From NCBI GenBank assembly GCA_963664705.1, contig OY761556.1, positions 32,001 to 96,000 of the forward strand: 64,000 nucleotides of DNA, read 5' to 3'. Each line of letters opens with the position of its first letter. The first letter of the stretch is position 1. Position numbers and translations under genes: made by a program. Below the pieces are notes generated by a model that saw only the letters and a program-made list of their open reading frames with translations, was not told the DNA's origin and ran no database searches. This stretch comes from Acidobacteriota bacterium. GTDB taxonomy: Bacteria > Acidobacteriota > UBA6911. Positions 18,624 to 28,366 of the stretch are shown here, piece after piece.

Positions 18624-19177
18624 CGGGCTCCTCCTTTACCTGCCACATCAAACAGCTTCCTGAACTCGCTGCCGCCCTTAAATGAGGGGAATATACCCAT
18701 CCTTCCCCGCAAAAATGCCTTCAGCCCCCATCCCATAAACCCGCCTAAGCCTCCGCTTTTCAATTCATAAAGCGAAAAGCCGGGCTCCCATGTGCGGCCG
18801 GTGTATTTGGTAAGAGCCAGGAAGAACCTGTGGAACATAGGGATGTTCTTCTCTCCCTCCGCAGCGCCGGATTTGGCCGCTATGCTCCGCAATGTGTCCA
18901 TAACCTTAGCGATGTCAATGCTATTCGGGCATCTAGTGCTGCAGGTATGGCAGGAAGCGCAGAGCCAGATAGTCTTCGAGGATAGTACCTTATCCCGATG
19001 GCCATACTGGATATGCCGGAAAACCTGGTTGGGCAGAATGTCCATTGCAAAGTTCAGCGGGCATCCGGCCGAGCACTTCTGGCATTGATAACAATGCTGA
19101 ATTATCTCTCCGCTTTTTTGAACCACTTCCGATAGCAGGGATACATCCTTATTTACTGCCTGCTCTCTCACATCCAT
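18620..19177 (-). CDS. hdrC: Heterodisulfide reductase subunit C
   Basis: CYQCQKCSAGCP and WLCASCHTCSTRCP. Confidence 0.93.
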   Translation of the reverse strand: MDVREQAVNKDVSLLSEVVQKSGEIIQHCYQCQKCSAGCPLNFAMDILPNQVFRHIQYGHRDKVLSSKTIWLCASCHTCSTRCPNSIDIAKVMDTLRSIAAKSGAAEGEKNIPMFHRFFLALTKYTGRTWEPGFSLYELKSGGLGGFMGWGLKAFLRGRMGIFPSFKGGSEFRKLFDVAGKGGAR

Positions 19178-19500
19178 CGTTTACTCCAGTTCTGATCTGA
19201 GAGGATCTTCGAGGATACTCCGAGGATTTCTTGGGGACGTGAAGCCTTACACCCTTTTGCCTACGCGCGATCACTTAAGAAGCTCGGTATTCCTAAAGCT
19301 CCGTTACATGCATTCCCAAAATGCTGGAACGTACTAACAATAGCAAATTATTTTCTATATCGAAAGGGGTGAGATTGGCAAGCAATTTCAACAGGAGGCT
19401 CCCGGCCGTCCACCCGAGGGTGGGCAACCGGACGGCTCAATCCCTGAAGAAGCCTTCAATGGATTGGAGATAGCTGGACAATGCACCAGGCCACCTATTC

Positions 19501-19532
19501 CCTGAATTGCCTTGCCGGCAATCAGGTTTTTT
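19501..19532 (+). terminator. Intrinsic-terminator-like hairpin with no upstream + strand CDS
   Basis: CCTGAATTGCC-TTGCC-GGCAATCAGG followed by T6. Confidence 0.5.
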
Positions 19533-19687
19533 GCGGGATTTACAGCCGTACAAGCTTGCCTCACCAGTCCTGGCGCGACCGAAAGCGATCCGGAAATCGG
19601 ATTCAATCGCGCCGACTTTATCCCTATGGGAACGATGTAAATCCAATGAAAATAAATATATTACAGGACATTCATCGCGAACTGTGA

Positions 19688-20188
19688 CTAAAAGGGCCAG
19701 AAGTTGTTGTCATTCCATATCTGTTCCTTCAGATCTTCGTCAAGCTTATGCAGAAGGTGAAAATGGGTTCTCTCCCAGTCCGCGAGCATCTGGTACATTT
19801 CTTTTTCGTTTGGATCGGTGGCCTCATCGGCTCGTCCCTGGTAGATTTCAACCGCGCGGTTTTCGAAATCGATGGCTGCCGAGATGGCGGCCGCTTCATA
19901 GCTGGCGGCTGTAATCTCTCCCTTCACCTTTTCGCTCAGAATCATCGTCGCTTCCGCATCATCCGGATGCGCCTGGGTAATATTCCGCGCAAACTTGCCC
20001 GTTTTTTCGTATTCGGCAAACTGTCTGGATAGAAACGCCACATGTTCATCTTCTTCTTCGGCCATCATGGCGAAGATTTTGCGGACCGCTTCACTCCCGG
20101 TTTCGCGAACTGCGGTGGTGTAAAACGCTTTTCCTCGAAGTTCGAGCAGGATTGCAGTTTTCAGAATGTCTTCCGGAGATTTCTTCAT
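19688..20188 (-). CDS. Rubrerythrin/ferritin-like di-iron protein
   Basis: AILLE...FY...EEDEH and AIDFE...Y...WERTH repeats. Confidence 0.88.
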   Translation of the reverse strand: MKKSPEDILKTAILLELRGKAFYTTAVRETGSEAVRKIFAMMAEEEDEHVAFLSRQFAEYEKTGKFARNITQAHPDDAEATMILSEKVKGEITAASYEAAAISAAIDFENRAVEIYQGRADEATDPNEKEMYQMLADWERTHFHLLHKLDEDLKEQIWNDNNFWPF

Positions 20189-20599
20189 AGTCTTCCCTTG
20201 AGGTTAGCAAATAGCCCGGACGCGCTCTCTTGTCACACAAATGGTTCAACCGATTTTCATCCTACCTCAAAATGCAAAATTGTTGAATACCTTGACAGTC
20301 CTGCACACGTTTAGCTTCCGTGCCGACCGCCCCTTTTATCGCTCGATCGCAAATAGTGCCTATGACGCAGGTATAAGCGGGAGCTAAAGCCGTTTGTTGA
20401 TGGCTTGGGCAGACCGTGCGGGCTGGGGGCAATCGCCATCCACAGTTCTCAGGACATTTATAAAAAGTGACAAAACATAAGGTTAGGGCAGGATTGGACG
20501 ATACTAATAAAGTTCCAAGATTTTTCCTGCCTTGCTTGCGCGCTAGAAAATTGCATGCAGGATCCATGCATTGCTGTTCACTGATCCGGGCTAAAGGCA

Positions 20600-21814
20600 A
20601 TGGACTACTTTTTCGCTCGACAACCGATACTAGATGGGTCGAATTCCGTTTTTGGATATGAGCTGCTTTTCCGAAACGGATTCCAGAATGTGTACGACAC
20701 GGCCGACGGCGACAGGGCAACCCTCGAGATACTCTCTGATGCCGTATTCAATACATCCTTTCGGCAGATGGTTGCCGGCAAGGTCGGATTTGTAAACTTT
20801 ACGCGCGAACTTCTGCTCAGCGATTTCGTCTACCTTTTTCCGCCTGATCAACTTGTCATAGAGGTGCTGGAGAACATCGTCCCCGATGACGAGACCATGA
20901 GCGCATGCCGCCGCCTCAAGGAGGCAGGCTACAGGCTTGCGCTGGACGACTTTGTTGCGGGCGATTTACAGCACCCGTTTGTTCCGCTGGCCAATATTGT
21001 AAAGGTGGATTTCCGCCAAACCACGCCGGATGAGCGCAAACTGATTGCGAATCAGCTCAAGCCTCACAAAATCGACCTGCTTGCGGAGAAGGTCGAAACC
21101 GACGAGGACCATCGTCAGGGGCTTGCGTCAGGATATAGTCTCTTCCAGGGGTATTATTTCAGCAAGCCTGTTATCCACACCGGGCGGAGGCTGGCTCCCA
21201 GTCAGATCGCCTGCATGCGCATGCTCCAGGAGGTTTGCAGCGAGCAGTGCAACTATGCGAAACTGAACAGCATCATTACGGCGGACCTCCCGCTGGCCTA
21301 CCGCATGCTGAAGCTGGCCAATTCTCCTTATTTTGGCTTTCGGGCGAATATTACTTCCATCCTTCACGCCATTACGCTCTTTGGGCGCGAAGGGATGAAG
21401 CGGTTTGTGTCGCTCATTGCCATCAGCACCACGCTGGGAAACAAGCCGATGGAGCTGGGGATTAGCTGCCTGTCTCGCGGACGGATGGCGGAAGCGGTGG
21501 GCCCGATGGTTGGACGTGCTGCGGATGCCTCATCGTTTTTCCTGGCCGGGCTGCTTTCACTGCTTGATGCGGTGCTGGACTGTCCAATGAGCGAAGCGGT
21601 GGCGGATCTGCCGATCTCTCAGGAAATCAAGGATGCCCTGCTCGGGAAACCAAACCAGTTACGGGAGGTGCTGGATACGGTTGTGGCCTATGAACAGGGC
21701 GATTGGGAGGTATTCTCTTCAGCCGCCGCAAAGATACAACTGGCGGAAGAATATTTCCCCGGCATCTATACCTCCTCCATAGCATGGGCCACGAACATCA
21801 TTGAATCGATGTGA
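20600..21814 (+). CDS. EAL-HDOD (YuxH/PdeH-like) c-di-GMP signalling protein
   Basis: ARQPI...YELLFR, ALDDF, LAEKVET, FQGYYF, LKLANS. Confidence 0.9.
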   Translation: MDYFFARQPILDGSNSVFGYELLFRNGFQNVYDTADGDRATLEILSDAVFNTSFRQMVAGKVGFVNFTRELLLSDFVYLFPPDQLVIEVLENIVPDDETMSACRRLKEAGYRLALDDFVAGDLQHPFVPLANIVKVDFRQTTPDERKLIANQLKPHKIDLLAEKVETDEDHRQGLASGYSLFQGYYFSKPVIHTGRRLAPSQIACMRMLQEVCSEQCNYAKLNSIITADLPLAYRMLKLANSPYFGFRANITSILHAITLFGREGMKRFVSLIAISTTLGNKPMELGISCLSRGRMAEAVGPMVGRAADASSFFLAGLLSLLDAVLDCPMSEAVADLPISQEIKDALLGKPNQLREVLDTVVAYEQGDWEVFSSAAAKIQLAEEYFPGIYTSSIAWATNIIESM

Positions 21815-21825
21815 CCTGGTTACTG

Positions 21826-22977
21826 CTAATCGTCGGTCGTTTTGTAGACTCTTGGAACGCGCGTATTGATGTTGGTCAGTATCTCGTAGGGGATCGTTCC
21901 TGACCATGCGGCGAGATCCTCCGCCGTGATTTGCGCCCCCTCCGATTCTCCAAGCAGAATAACCTCATCCCCGTTGTAGGCGGAATCCCCTTCGATGTTC
22001 ACCATCATCTGATCCATGCAGATGGTTCCCACCTGCGGGTATTTCCTTCCGCGTATGATCACTTTTGATTTGTTTGACATGCTGCGGAAATAGCCGTCTC
22101 CATAGCCGACTGGAACCGTTACTATCCGCACGTTGTGATCGGATTGCCATGTGGACCCGTAGCTGACTGCGTGGCCCGGCTGGACTACCTTGAAGTAGAC
22201 CACCCTGGATTTCCAAGCCAGCGTTGGCTTGACTTGAATGGTGTGGGGTACCTCCGGCGAGGGGTATACCCCATAAAGCATGATTCCGGGGCGTACCATA
22301 TCCAGATAGCTCTCGGGAAGCTGAAGGATGGCCGCCGAATTTGCCATGTGTCGGACAGGCATTGGGAGGCTATGGCGTTCATAAAACCGCAGCACTTCAT
22401 GGAATCGTTCCAATTGCAGACGGGCGTGGTCAAGATTGCGCGAATCGGCGTTGGCAAAATGGGAGAAAATGCCCTCGACCTCTACGTGCCTGCACTTCAG
22501 AGAAGCCTCCTGCAACAAACCGGCACTATAATAATGAATGCCGATCCGCTCCATTCCGGTATCAATTTTCAGGTGAACCCTGGCTTTTACGCCCATCTGC
22601 CCGGCGATTGTGTCGATTTGCTCCAGGCGCTCGACCGATGAAGCCGTCAGCGTAAGATCATTCTGCAGATAGCGGGGGATCTGATCTCGCCATATTCCGC
22701 CCAGAACAATAATCGGTGATGTGATCCCGGCATTGCGCAGCAGTACACCCTCTTCAAGGACCGCAACTCCTATGTAGTCCGTTTTTGTGGCCAGCGATTT
22801 CGCAATCTCGAGAAGTCCATGGCCATAGGCATTTGCTTTTGCAACCAGCATGATCTTTGCCGGAGCTACTCTTTGCCGGATGGCGGCCAGGTTGTGCTCC
22901 AGGCGTGCCAGGTTGACCTCCGCCCAGGTTGCGCGTACTCCGCCCTCGGTTGCAATCACCGATTCGTTTATCAGCAT
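21826..22977 (-). CDS. alr: Alanine racemase (start may be as far upstream as 23049)
   Basis: AKANAYGHG, HLKIDTGMERIG, VRPGIMLYG, VSYG, CMDQ, TIPYE. Confidence 0.95.
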   Translation of the reverse strand: MLINESVIATEGGVRATWAEVNLARLEHNLAAIRQRVAPAKIMLVAKANAYGHGLLEIAKSLATKTDYIGVAVLEEGVLLRNAGITSPIIVLGGIWRDQIPRYLQNDLTLTASSVERLEQIDTIAGQMGVKARVHLKIDTGMERIGIHYYSAGLLQEASLKCRHVEVEGIFSHFANADSRNLDHARLQLERFHEVLRFYERHSLPMPVRHMANSAAILQLPESYLDMVRPGIMLYGVYPSPEVPHTIQVKPTLAWKSRVVYFKVVQPGHAVSYGSTWQSDHNVRIVTVPVGYGDGYFRSMSNKSKVIIRGRKYPQVGTICMDQMMVNIEGDSAYNGDEVILLGESEGAQITAEDLAAWSGTIPYEILTNINTRVPRVYKTTDD

Positions 22978-23166
22978 GGCTGCTATTGTAATGGAATTGT
23001 GTCGGCTTTGTAATAAGGCTTTGATTCGCGTTTCTGTGCCAACCTTCATTCTGGAAGTCGTTGAGCTCTCCCTTTTTGCAGAGTTTTAACAGCCTCCGTT
23101 GGCGAAATGGTGAATGATGTCTGTGGCTGTTCCATCCCGGGGCCGCCGGTCTGAAAAGGAGAATGT

Positions 23167-23598
23167 ATGCGGAAAATATTATTACTGGCGGCAGTCCTTG
23201 TGGTTGCCGCACCGCTGACAGCCGCCGATGTTGCGGGAAACTGGTTGCTGAAAATGCAAGGTCCCATGGGGGAGGAAGAAATCCAACTGGTAATCAAGAT
23301 AACCGGCGAGAAACTGAAAATCACAGGCCGGCATTCGATGCTTCAGGAGATGTCGGGGACTGGCTCCCTCAAAGGCGATTCCATCAAATTCAAGCTGGAG
23401 GCATCGGGAGAAATGCCCATGGAATTCGAGTTCACCGGAAAGGTAACCGGCAACAGGATGTCAGGAACCAGGGAAATGAGGAATGAAGGCGGACCCGGAG
23501 ATATGGATTTTGGCGGACCGGGGGGTGAGGGCGGCCCTGGAGGCGGGCCGATGGATATGAGCGGGATTTCCAATAAATGGACCGCGGAAAGGCAGTGA
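23167..23598 (+). CDS. Small secreted beta-rich hypothetical protein
   Basis: RBS AGGAG, signal peptide, DVAGNW...KWTAER with a Gly/Pro-rich loop. Confidence 0.75.
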   Translation: MRKILLLAAVLVVAAPLTAADVAGNWLLKMQGPMGEEEIQLVIKITGEKLKITGRHSMLQEMSGTGSLKGDSIKFKLEASGEMPMEFEFTGKVTGNRMSGTREMRNEGGPGDMDFGGPGGEGGPGGGPMDMSGISNKWTAERQ

Positions 23599-23698
23599 TT
23601 GCAGAATCCTGGGCCACGAATTGCCCGAATGTCTGCGCAATTCGTGGCCGTAAGAAGAGGATCCGGTTGTCCTGCTTTCCTGCCATTTGAATTCGTCT

Positions 23699-24658
23699 TT
23701 ATTTTGGCAAAAGCTTCATGGTGCCGGTCATCGTGAGGTTTCGGCCGACCTTGTCGCTGCAAAGCATGTTGCCCGTTGCCGCGCCGTTCTGTACCTTCAG
23801 ATTTATGGCGGTGCAGCCGAATTCCTGTTCCTGCGCCTGAAGGTTCTGGAGGTATTTGGGATCGGTCATTTTCTTAAGGTCGGCCGTCATCCTGGTCGAA
23901 ATCTGCTCCATTTGCTTGGTGAGCTTTTCCCGCTCAGCGTCGGAGGTATTGGGGTTCATCATCTTTTCCATGATGGCCTGCATTTCTAATTGCGGACTCA
24001 TCTGCGTTTCGTCCTGGTTGCTGATGGAAAAGTAGTAGCTGGGCACGTCTCCCTGCGAAGGATGAAGCGAGGCGCGCCGTTTGGTAAAAGGAGTCGTTGC
24101 TGCTCCCTTAAAAAACTCCAGCATATATTGCATTTCGCGGCTCGAGGCCCCGGGCGCAGCCGCAATGGATTGCGCTTTGACCGCCCAGCCATTGGATGCT
24201 TTCAGATCCCATTGATAATTGGAATTGATGACCACTGCTTCTGACGCATAGGCGATTTTGCAGCAAAGCGGAGTAATTGCCTGCACCGACAGCGTCTCCG
24301 GGCCGCCGCCCGGCGCGATCCTGATTGTGGCGCGATACGAGTTTGCGTTTGACGTTTCCTTCAGGACCTCGATATTGTCGGATCCAAAAACAAAGCTGGT
24401 GCCCGCGGGAAACTTCCCATTGATCACCACTTCCACGGTCTCTCCGGGCTTGGCGACGATCGGGGTTCTCAAACTTATTTCCGGTGTGTCGCATTTCAGC
24501 GCCGGCTGTGTCGAGGCATAGTTTTTGCGCGCCGCTTTACAAGCGTCCATAATTGCCTGCTGCTTCAGCTGATATTTGCTAAGAGCCGCATGGGTGATGC
24601 CCCAGCAAAGCATGATGGCGGTTATGGCCAGAATGGCAACTCTACCAAGTTTGTGCAT
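23699..24658 (-). CDS. Secreted hypothetical protein
   Basis: RBS GGGGAG, signal peptide, 319-aa ORF with no recognised motif. Confidence 0.75.
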   Translation of the reverse strand: MHKLGRVAILAITAIMLCWGITHAALSKYQLKQQAIMDACKAARKNYASTQPALKCDTPEISLRTPIVAKPGETVEVVINGKFPAGTSFVFGSDNIEVLKETSNANSYRATIRIAPGGGPETLSVQAITPLCCKIAYASEAVVINSNYQWDLKASNGWAVKAQSIAAAPGASSREMQYMLEFFKGAATTPFTKRRASLHPSQGDVPSYYFSISNQDETQMSPQLEMQAIMEKMMNPNTSDAEREKLTKQMEQISTRMTADLKKMTDPKYLQNLQAQEQEFGCTAINLKVQNGAATGNMLCSDKVGRNLTMTGTMKLLPK

Positions 24659-24692
24659 TGTTTCGTCTCCCCCTTAAAAGAAATAGGAACAA

Positions 24693-25913
24693 TTACAATG
24701 ATGATGCCTGATTTTCCTGAAATGGCGCGTCTCTGTCAACTGTCCACAAAAGTGCTAATAGAATCCAGAATAGATACCATTCTGTGGGGCGATGCAGCGG
24801 GAAGTCCACCAATGCAATTCCCAGCAATGCGGCGGTCGAAGCCGAGACGGCTCGCTGCAATGGATTTGAGGATCCGAGGGAATGGGAGGCAGCCAGCCAG
24901 ACAACCGCCAGAAATGCGACGAGGCCGATCATCCCATAGTCCACCAGGTATTCCAGGTAGTCATTGTGGGCATGGTCCTGCAGCCCGGCGAATGAATTGT
25001 CGGAACTCTCTGGATCATTTTTTAGCTGAGAGGTTTCCCATTCGGCAAAACGCAGACGGAAGGCCCCCGGTCCAAACCCGGTTATTGGGATTTGCCAAAT
25101 ATGCGTGATTGTGGTCTGCCAGATGTATATCCTGCCCTCAATGGTCTTCTTCAGTGGACGGGCGGGCGAAAAGAAGATGAGCAGGATGCCAAAGGCCAGC
25201 CCAGTGAGTGCAACCGGCATCCTGAATTCGGATTTGCGAAAGAGAAGCCATATGCCGCCGAGAAGCAGGCCAAGAACCGGCGCCCGGGATCCGGTCGCCG
25301 CGATGGCGCCCGCTTGAAGTGCCAGGGAGATAATCCGGAATACGCGCCAGGTCCGGTGGTTCTTTCCTGCGGGAATTTCGAAGCCCCAAAACGTGAGTAG
25401 TAAGGCGGCTGTCAGAAAGGCGGCCACGAAATTCGGATTCCCCAGCGTGGAAAAAACCCGCACCCTCGAACCTTGCAGCGATCCGGTCAGATTCAACATT
25501 CTGTACGGATCCAGCGAGACATATTGGAGAAGCGCAATGGCTGCAACCAGCGTCGCGCTCAAGATCAGTGCCTGGATCTGGAGGCGGGGGCGCGGCCGCG
25601 TGCAGACTAACAGGATGAAGCCGATGCATGGCAGGAGGTTTCGAATCAGCTCGCCGATGGACGCTTCTTCGCTCCTTCCGGCCGAAAGCGAAATGGCAAT
25701 GATCCAAATAGCTCCCGCCAGCAAAGCCCTGGATGGGAGCCTTTCGCGCAGAAGTCTGCCAGAACAAGCCAAGGATAGCGTGAGAAGAATCCAGATTAAT
25801 CCCAGCCATTCCTTTGCCGTGGAGAAGGGTTGCAGAGCCGGCGGCCAGAATGCCAGCGGGATCAAAAACAATGCTCCCGCCGTGATCCACTCGTAGAAGC
25901 GCAAGATTGACAC
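24693..25913 (-). CDS. O-antigen ligase (Wzy_C)-family membrane protein; start approximate
   Basis: STLGNPNF, ATGSR, GFGPGAF, HAHNDYLE, DFPLH; many TM helices. The upstream part of the 888-aa ORF is a typA shadow. Confidence 0.82.
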   Translation of the reverse strand: MSILRFYEWITAGALFLIPLAFWPPALQPFSTAKEWLGLIWILLTLSLACSGRLLRERLPSRALLAGAIWIIAISLSAGRSEEASIGELIRNLLPCIGFILLVCTRPRPRLQIQALILSATLVAAIALLQYVSLDPYRMLNLTGSLQGSRVRVFSTLGNPNFVAAFLTAALLLTFWGFEIPAGKNHRTWRVFRIISLALQAGAIAATGSRAPVLGLLLGGIWLLFRKSEFRMPVALTGLAFGILLIFFSPARPLKKTIEGRIYIWQTTITHIWQIPITGFGPGAFRLRFAEWETSQLKNDPESSDNSFAGLQDHAHNDYLEYLVDYGMIGLVAFLAVVWLAASHSLGSSNPLQRAVSASTAALLGIALVDFPLHRPTEWYLFWILLALLWTVDRDAPFQENQASSL

Positions 25914-26060
25914 AAGGGCATTTTCGTGGATTCTCCCGTCCAAAAGCAACTGAGATGAAGGGTCCCGCAAATATTCCCTTTGTTTCGAAGTGGGGACTTG
26001 GGTCTTGGAGTCTGGAAGGCTTAGAGGTACAGTTATGGTCCGTTTTACGAGTGAGGATAA

Positions 26061-27857
26061 ATGAAAAGAGAAGATATACGCAACATTGCCATCATTGCTC
26101 ATGTCGACCACGGGAAAACAACTCTTGTGGACGCCATGTTGAAACAAAGCGGTACATTCCGCGAAAATGAACGAATTACGGAACGGGTGATGGATAACCT
26201 CGATCTCGAAAGAGAGCGGGGTATCACGATCATGGCCAAAAACACGGCCATTCACTACGGATCCGTAAAGATAAATATCGTGGATACGCCGGGCCATTCC
26301 GATTTTGGCGGAGAGGTTGAGCGCGTTCTCAAAATGGTGGATGGCGTTATGCTTCTGGTGGATGCATCGGAAGGGCCGCTGCCGCAAACACGTTTCGTAC
26401 TGCGAAAGGCTCTGGAACAACACCTGCCCGCGATCGTTGTCGTCAACAAAATTGACCGCTCCGATGCCAGGCCTCAGGAAGTGGTCAACGAAATCTACGA
26501 TCTTTTCATTGATCTCGATGCCGGGGAGGAGCAGATCAATTTTCCCATCCTCTACGCCATAAGCAAATTCGGAGTCGCAAAGCGAAATCTCGAAGATGAT
26601 TCCCAGGATCTGCGACCTCTTTTCGAACAGATACTGGAAACCATTCCGGCGCCGGAGCCTCTGCTGGAGGACACGCTGCAGGTCCTGGTCACAACGCTTG
26701 ATTACAACGACTATGTAGGGCGCATTGCTATCGGGCGCATTTTTTCCGGCAAAATTGCCGTTGGAGATACTGTCTCGGTCTGCAAGCTGAACGGATCCAT
26801 CGAAAAGCCGCGCATTACCAAGCTGTTTACATTTGAAGGATTGAAACAGCAGCCGGTAACAGATGCCTATGCTGGAGAGATCATTGCGATAGCGGGCATC
26901 GAAGGGATCTACATCGGCGAAACGGTAGCCGATGCGGAAGATCCCAAACCTCTGCCGACCATCCAGGTTGATGAACCGACAATCTCCATGATTTTCCATG
27001 CGAATACTTCTCCGCTGTCCGGCAGGGACGGGAAGTATGTGACCTCGCGACACATCAGGGCTCGACTCGAGAAGGAGGCTTTGGCAAATGTGGCCATTCG
27101 AATCGATGAAACCGACGAGGTGGATAGCTTCAAGGTTTCGGGTCGAGGCGAATTGCAGCTTGCTATCCTGATTGAAATGATGCGCCGGGAAGATTACGAA
27201 ATTCAGGTCTCCAAGCCGGAAGTGATCACCCGGGAGATCGATGGCACGCTGATGGAACCGATCGAGCAGGTCATCATCGACTGTCCCGAAAACTTTATCG
27301 GTGTTGTAACGGAAGGGCTGGGGCGGCGCAAAGGGAAGATGACTAAAATTGTGGATCACGGGGCCGGACGCGTTCGAATGGATTTTGAGGTTCCCTCCAG
27401 GGGCCTGATTGGTTTTCGCTCGGACTTCCTGACCGACACCAAAGGGACCGGACTCTTCAATTCGATGTTCCTGCGATGGGGGCCCTGGACAGGGGAGATA
27501 GCCAACCGCCTGACCGGTGCACTGGTGGCCGATAGAGCGGGAGTGGCTACCAGCTATGCCCTCTATAACTTACAGGAACGCGGTGAACTTTTTGTGAAGC
27601 CGGGAACAGAGGTATACGAAGGGATGGTCATCGGCGAGAATGCCCGGAACGCTGATCTCGATGTGAACGTTACAAAAGAGAAAAAGCAGACCAATATGCG
27701 CGCTTCAACCGCCGACGAGGCAATCCGCCTGGTTCCTTTCCGGGACCTATCTCTGGAGCAAGCCCTGGAATTTATTAATGAGGATGAATTGGTTGAAGTA
27801 ACGCCTAAGTTCATCCGCCTGCGAAAAAGATCACTTGCCGGCCGCCATCGGTTCTAA
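26061..27857 (+). CDS. typA: Translational GTPase TypA/BipA
   Basis: [49 protein letters not shown]. Confidence 0.97.
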   Translation: MKREDIRNIAIIAHVDHGKTTLVDAMLKQSGTFRENERITERVMDNLDLERERGITIMAKNTAIHYGSVKINIVDTPGHSDFGGEVERVLKMVDGVMLLVDASEGPLPQTRFVLRKALEQHLPAIVVVNKIDRSDARPQEVVNEIYDLFIDLDAGEEQINFPILYAISKFGVAKRNLEDDSQDLRPLFEQILETIPAPEPLLEDTLQVLVTTLDYNDYVGRIAIGRIFSGKIAVGDTVSVCKLNGSIEKPRITKLFTFEGLKQQPVTDAYAGEIIAIAGIEGIYIGETVADAEDPKPLPTIQVDEPTISMIFHANTSPLSGRDGKYVTSRHIRARLEKEALANVAIRIDETDEVDSFKVSGRGELQLAILIEMMRREDYEIQVSKPEVITREIDGTLMEPIEQVIIDCPENFIGVVTEGLGRRKGKMTKIVDHGAGRVRMDFEVPSRGLIGFRSDFLTDTKGTGLFNSMFLRWGPWTGEIANRLTGALVADRAGVATSYALYNLQERGELFVKPGTEVYEGMVIGENARNADLDVNVTKEKKQTNMRASTADEAIRLVPFRDLSLEQALEFINEDELVEVTPKFIRLRKRSLAGRHRF

Positions 27858-28002
27858 GGATTTTATGGATCGGCAATTCGGGGAATTTGCGATAAAGGCA
27901 GCTGCCTAGCCGCGAAAATTCCTCGGATTGCCCAAAGGCGAATCGATTGAACTCCAGCAGCCCCAATTCCGTATTAATCATCGAACACACGAAGGGGGGG
28001 CT

Positions 28003-28263
28003 ATGGAGATCGGAATTCTGTTCGGATTTTTTCTGATTATCGGAATCGTCCTGCTGCTGCTGAAGGTGGTGGTCGGGCTGGTCATTCTTCCTTTCAAAAT
28101 CGGGTTTGGGCTCATCAAGCTGCTGGCGGGGATTCTGATTGGGATTCCCTTGCTGGTCCTGCTCGTCGTCTTTGGGGCGGCTGTTGTTCCCATTCTTGTC
28201 ATGGCGGCGGTGGCTGCCATTTTCATCGTGCCGGTTGTCCTCGTCGCAAAAGCCATCTTTTAG
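28003..28263 (+). CDS. Small hydrophobic membrane protein
   Basis: G-rich RBS before ATG 28003; 86 aa, almost entirely hydrophobic. Confidence 0.7.
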   Translation: MEIGILFGFFLIIGIVLLLLKVVVGLVILPFKIGFGLIKLLAGILIGIPLLVLLVVFGAAVVPILVMAAVAAIFIVPVVLVAKAIF

Positions 28264-28366
28264 CAGGGCCGCATTGCGCCAAAGATCCGATGGGAGGCCC
28301 TTTGAGCCTTTACGTCTTTGGCGCCAGGATGCTATAACTCGGAGCTTAACAACTCCGGGGATGATC

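Noticed and set aside
20292-20410. Inverted repeat TTTAGCTTCCG/CGGGAGCTAAA and a GCCGACCGCC segment resembling a ZTP or c-di-GMP riboswitch
   Set aside because: The other conserved riboswitch elements are missing, and the nearby TTGACA has no correctly spaced -10
25914-27359. N-terminal half of the 888-aa ORF, an apparent fusion to the O-antigen ligase
   Set aside because: Lies antisense to typA; only the part below about 25913 looks like a real membrane protein
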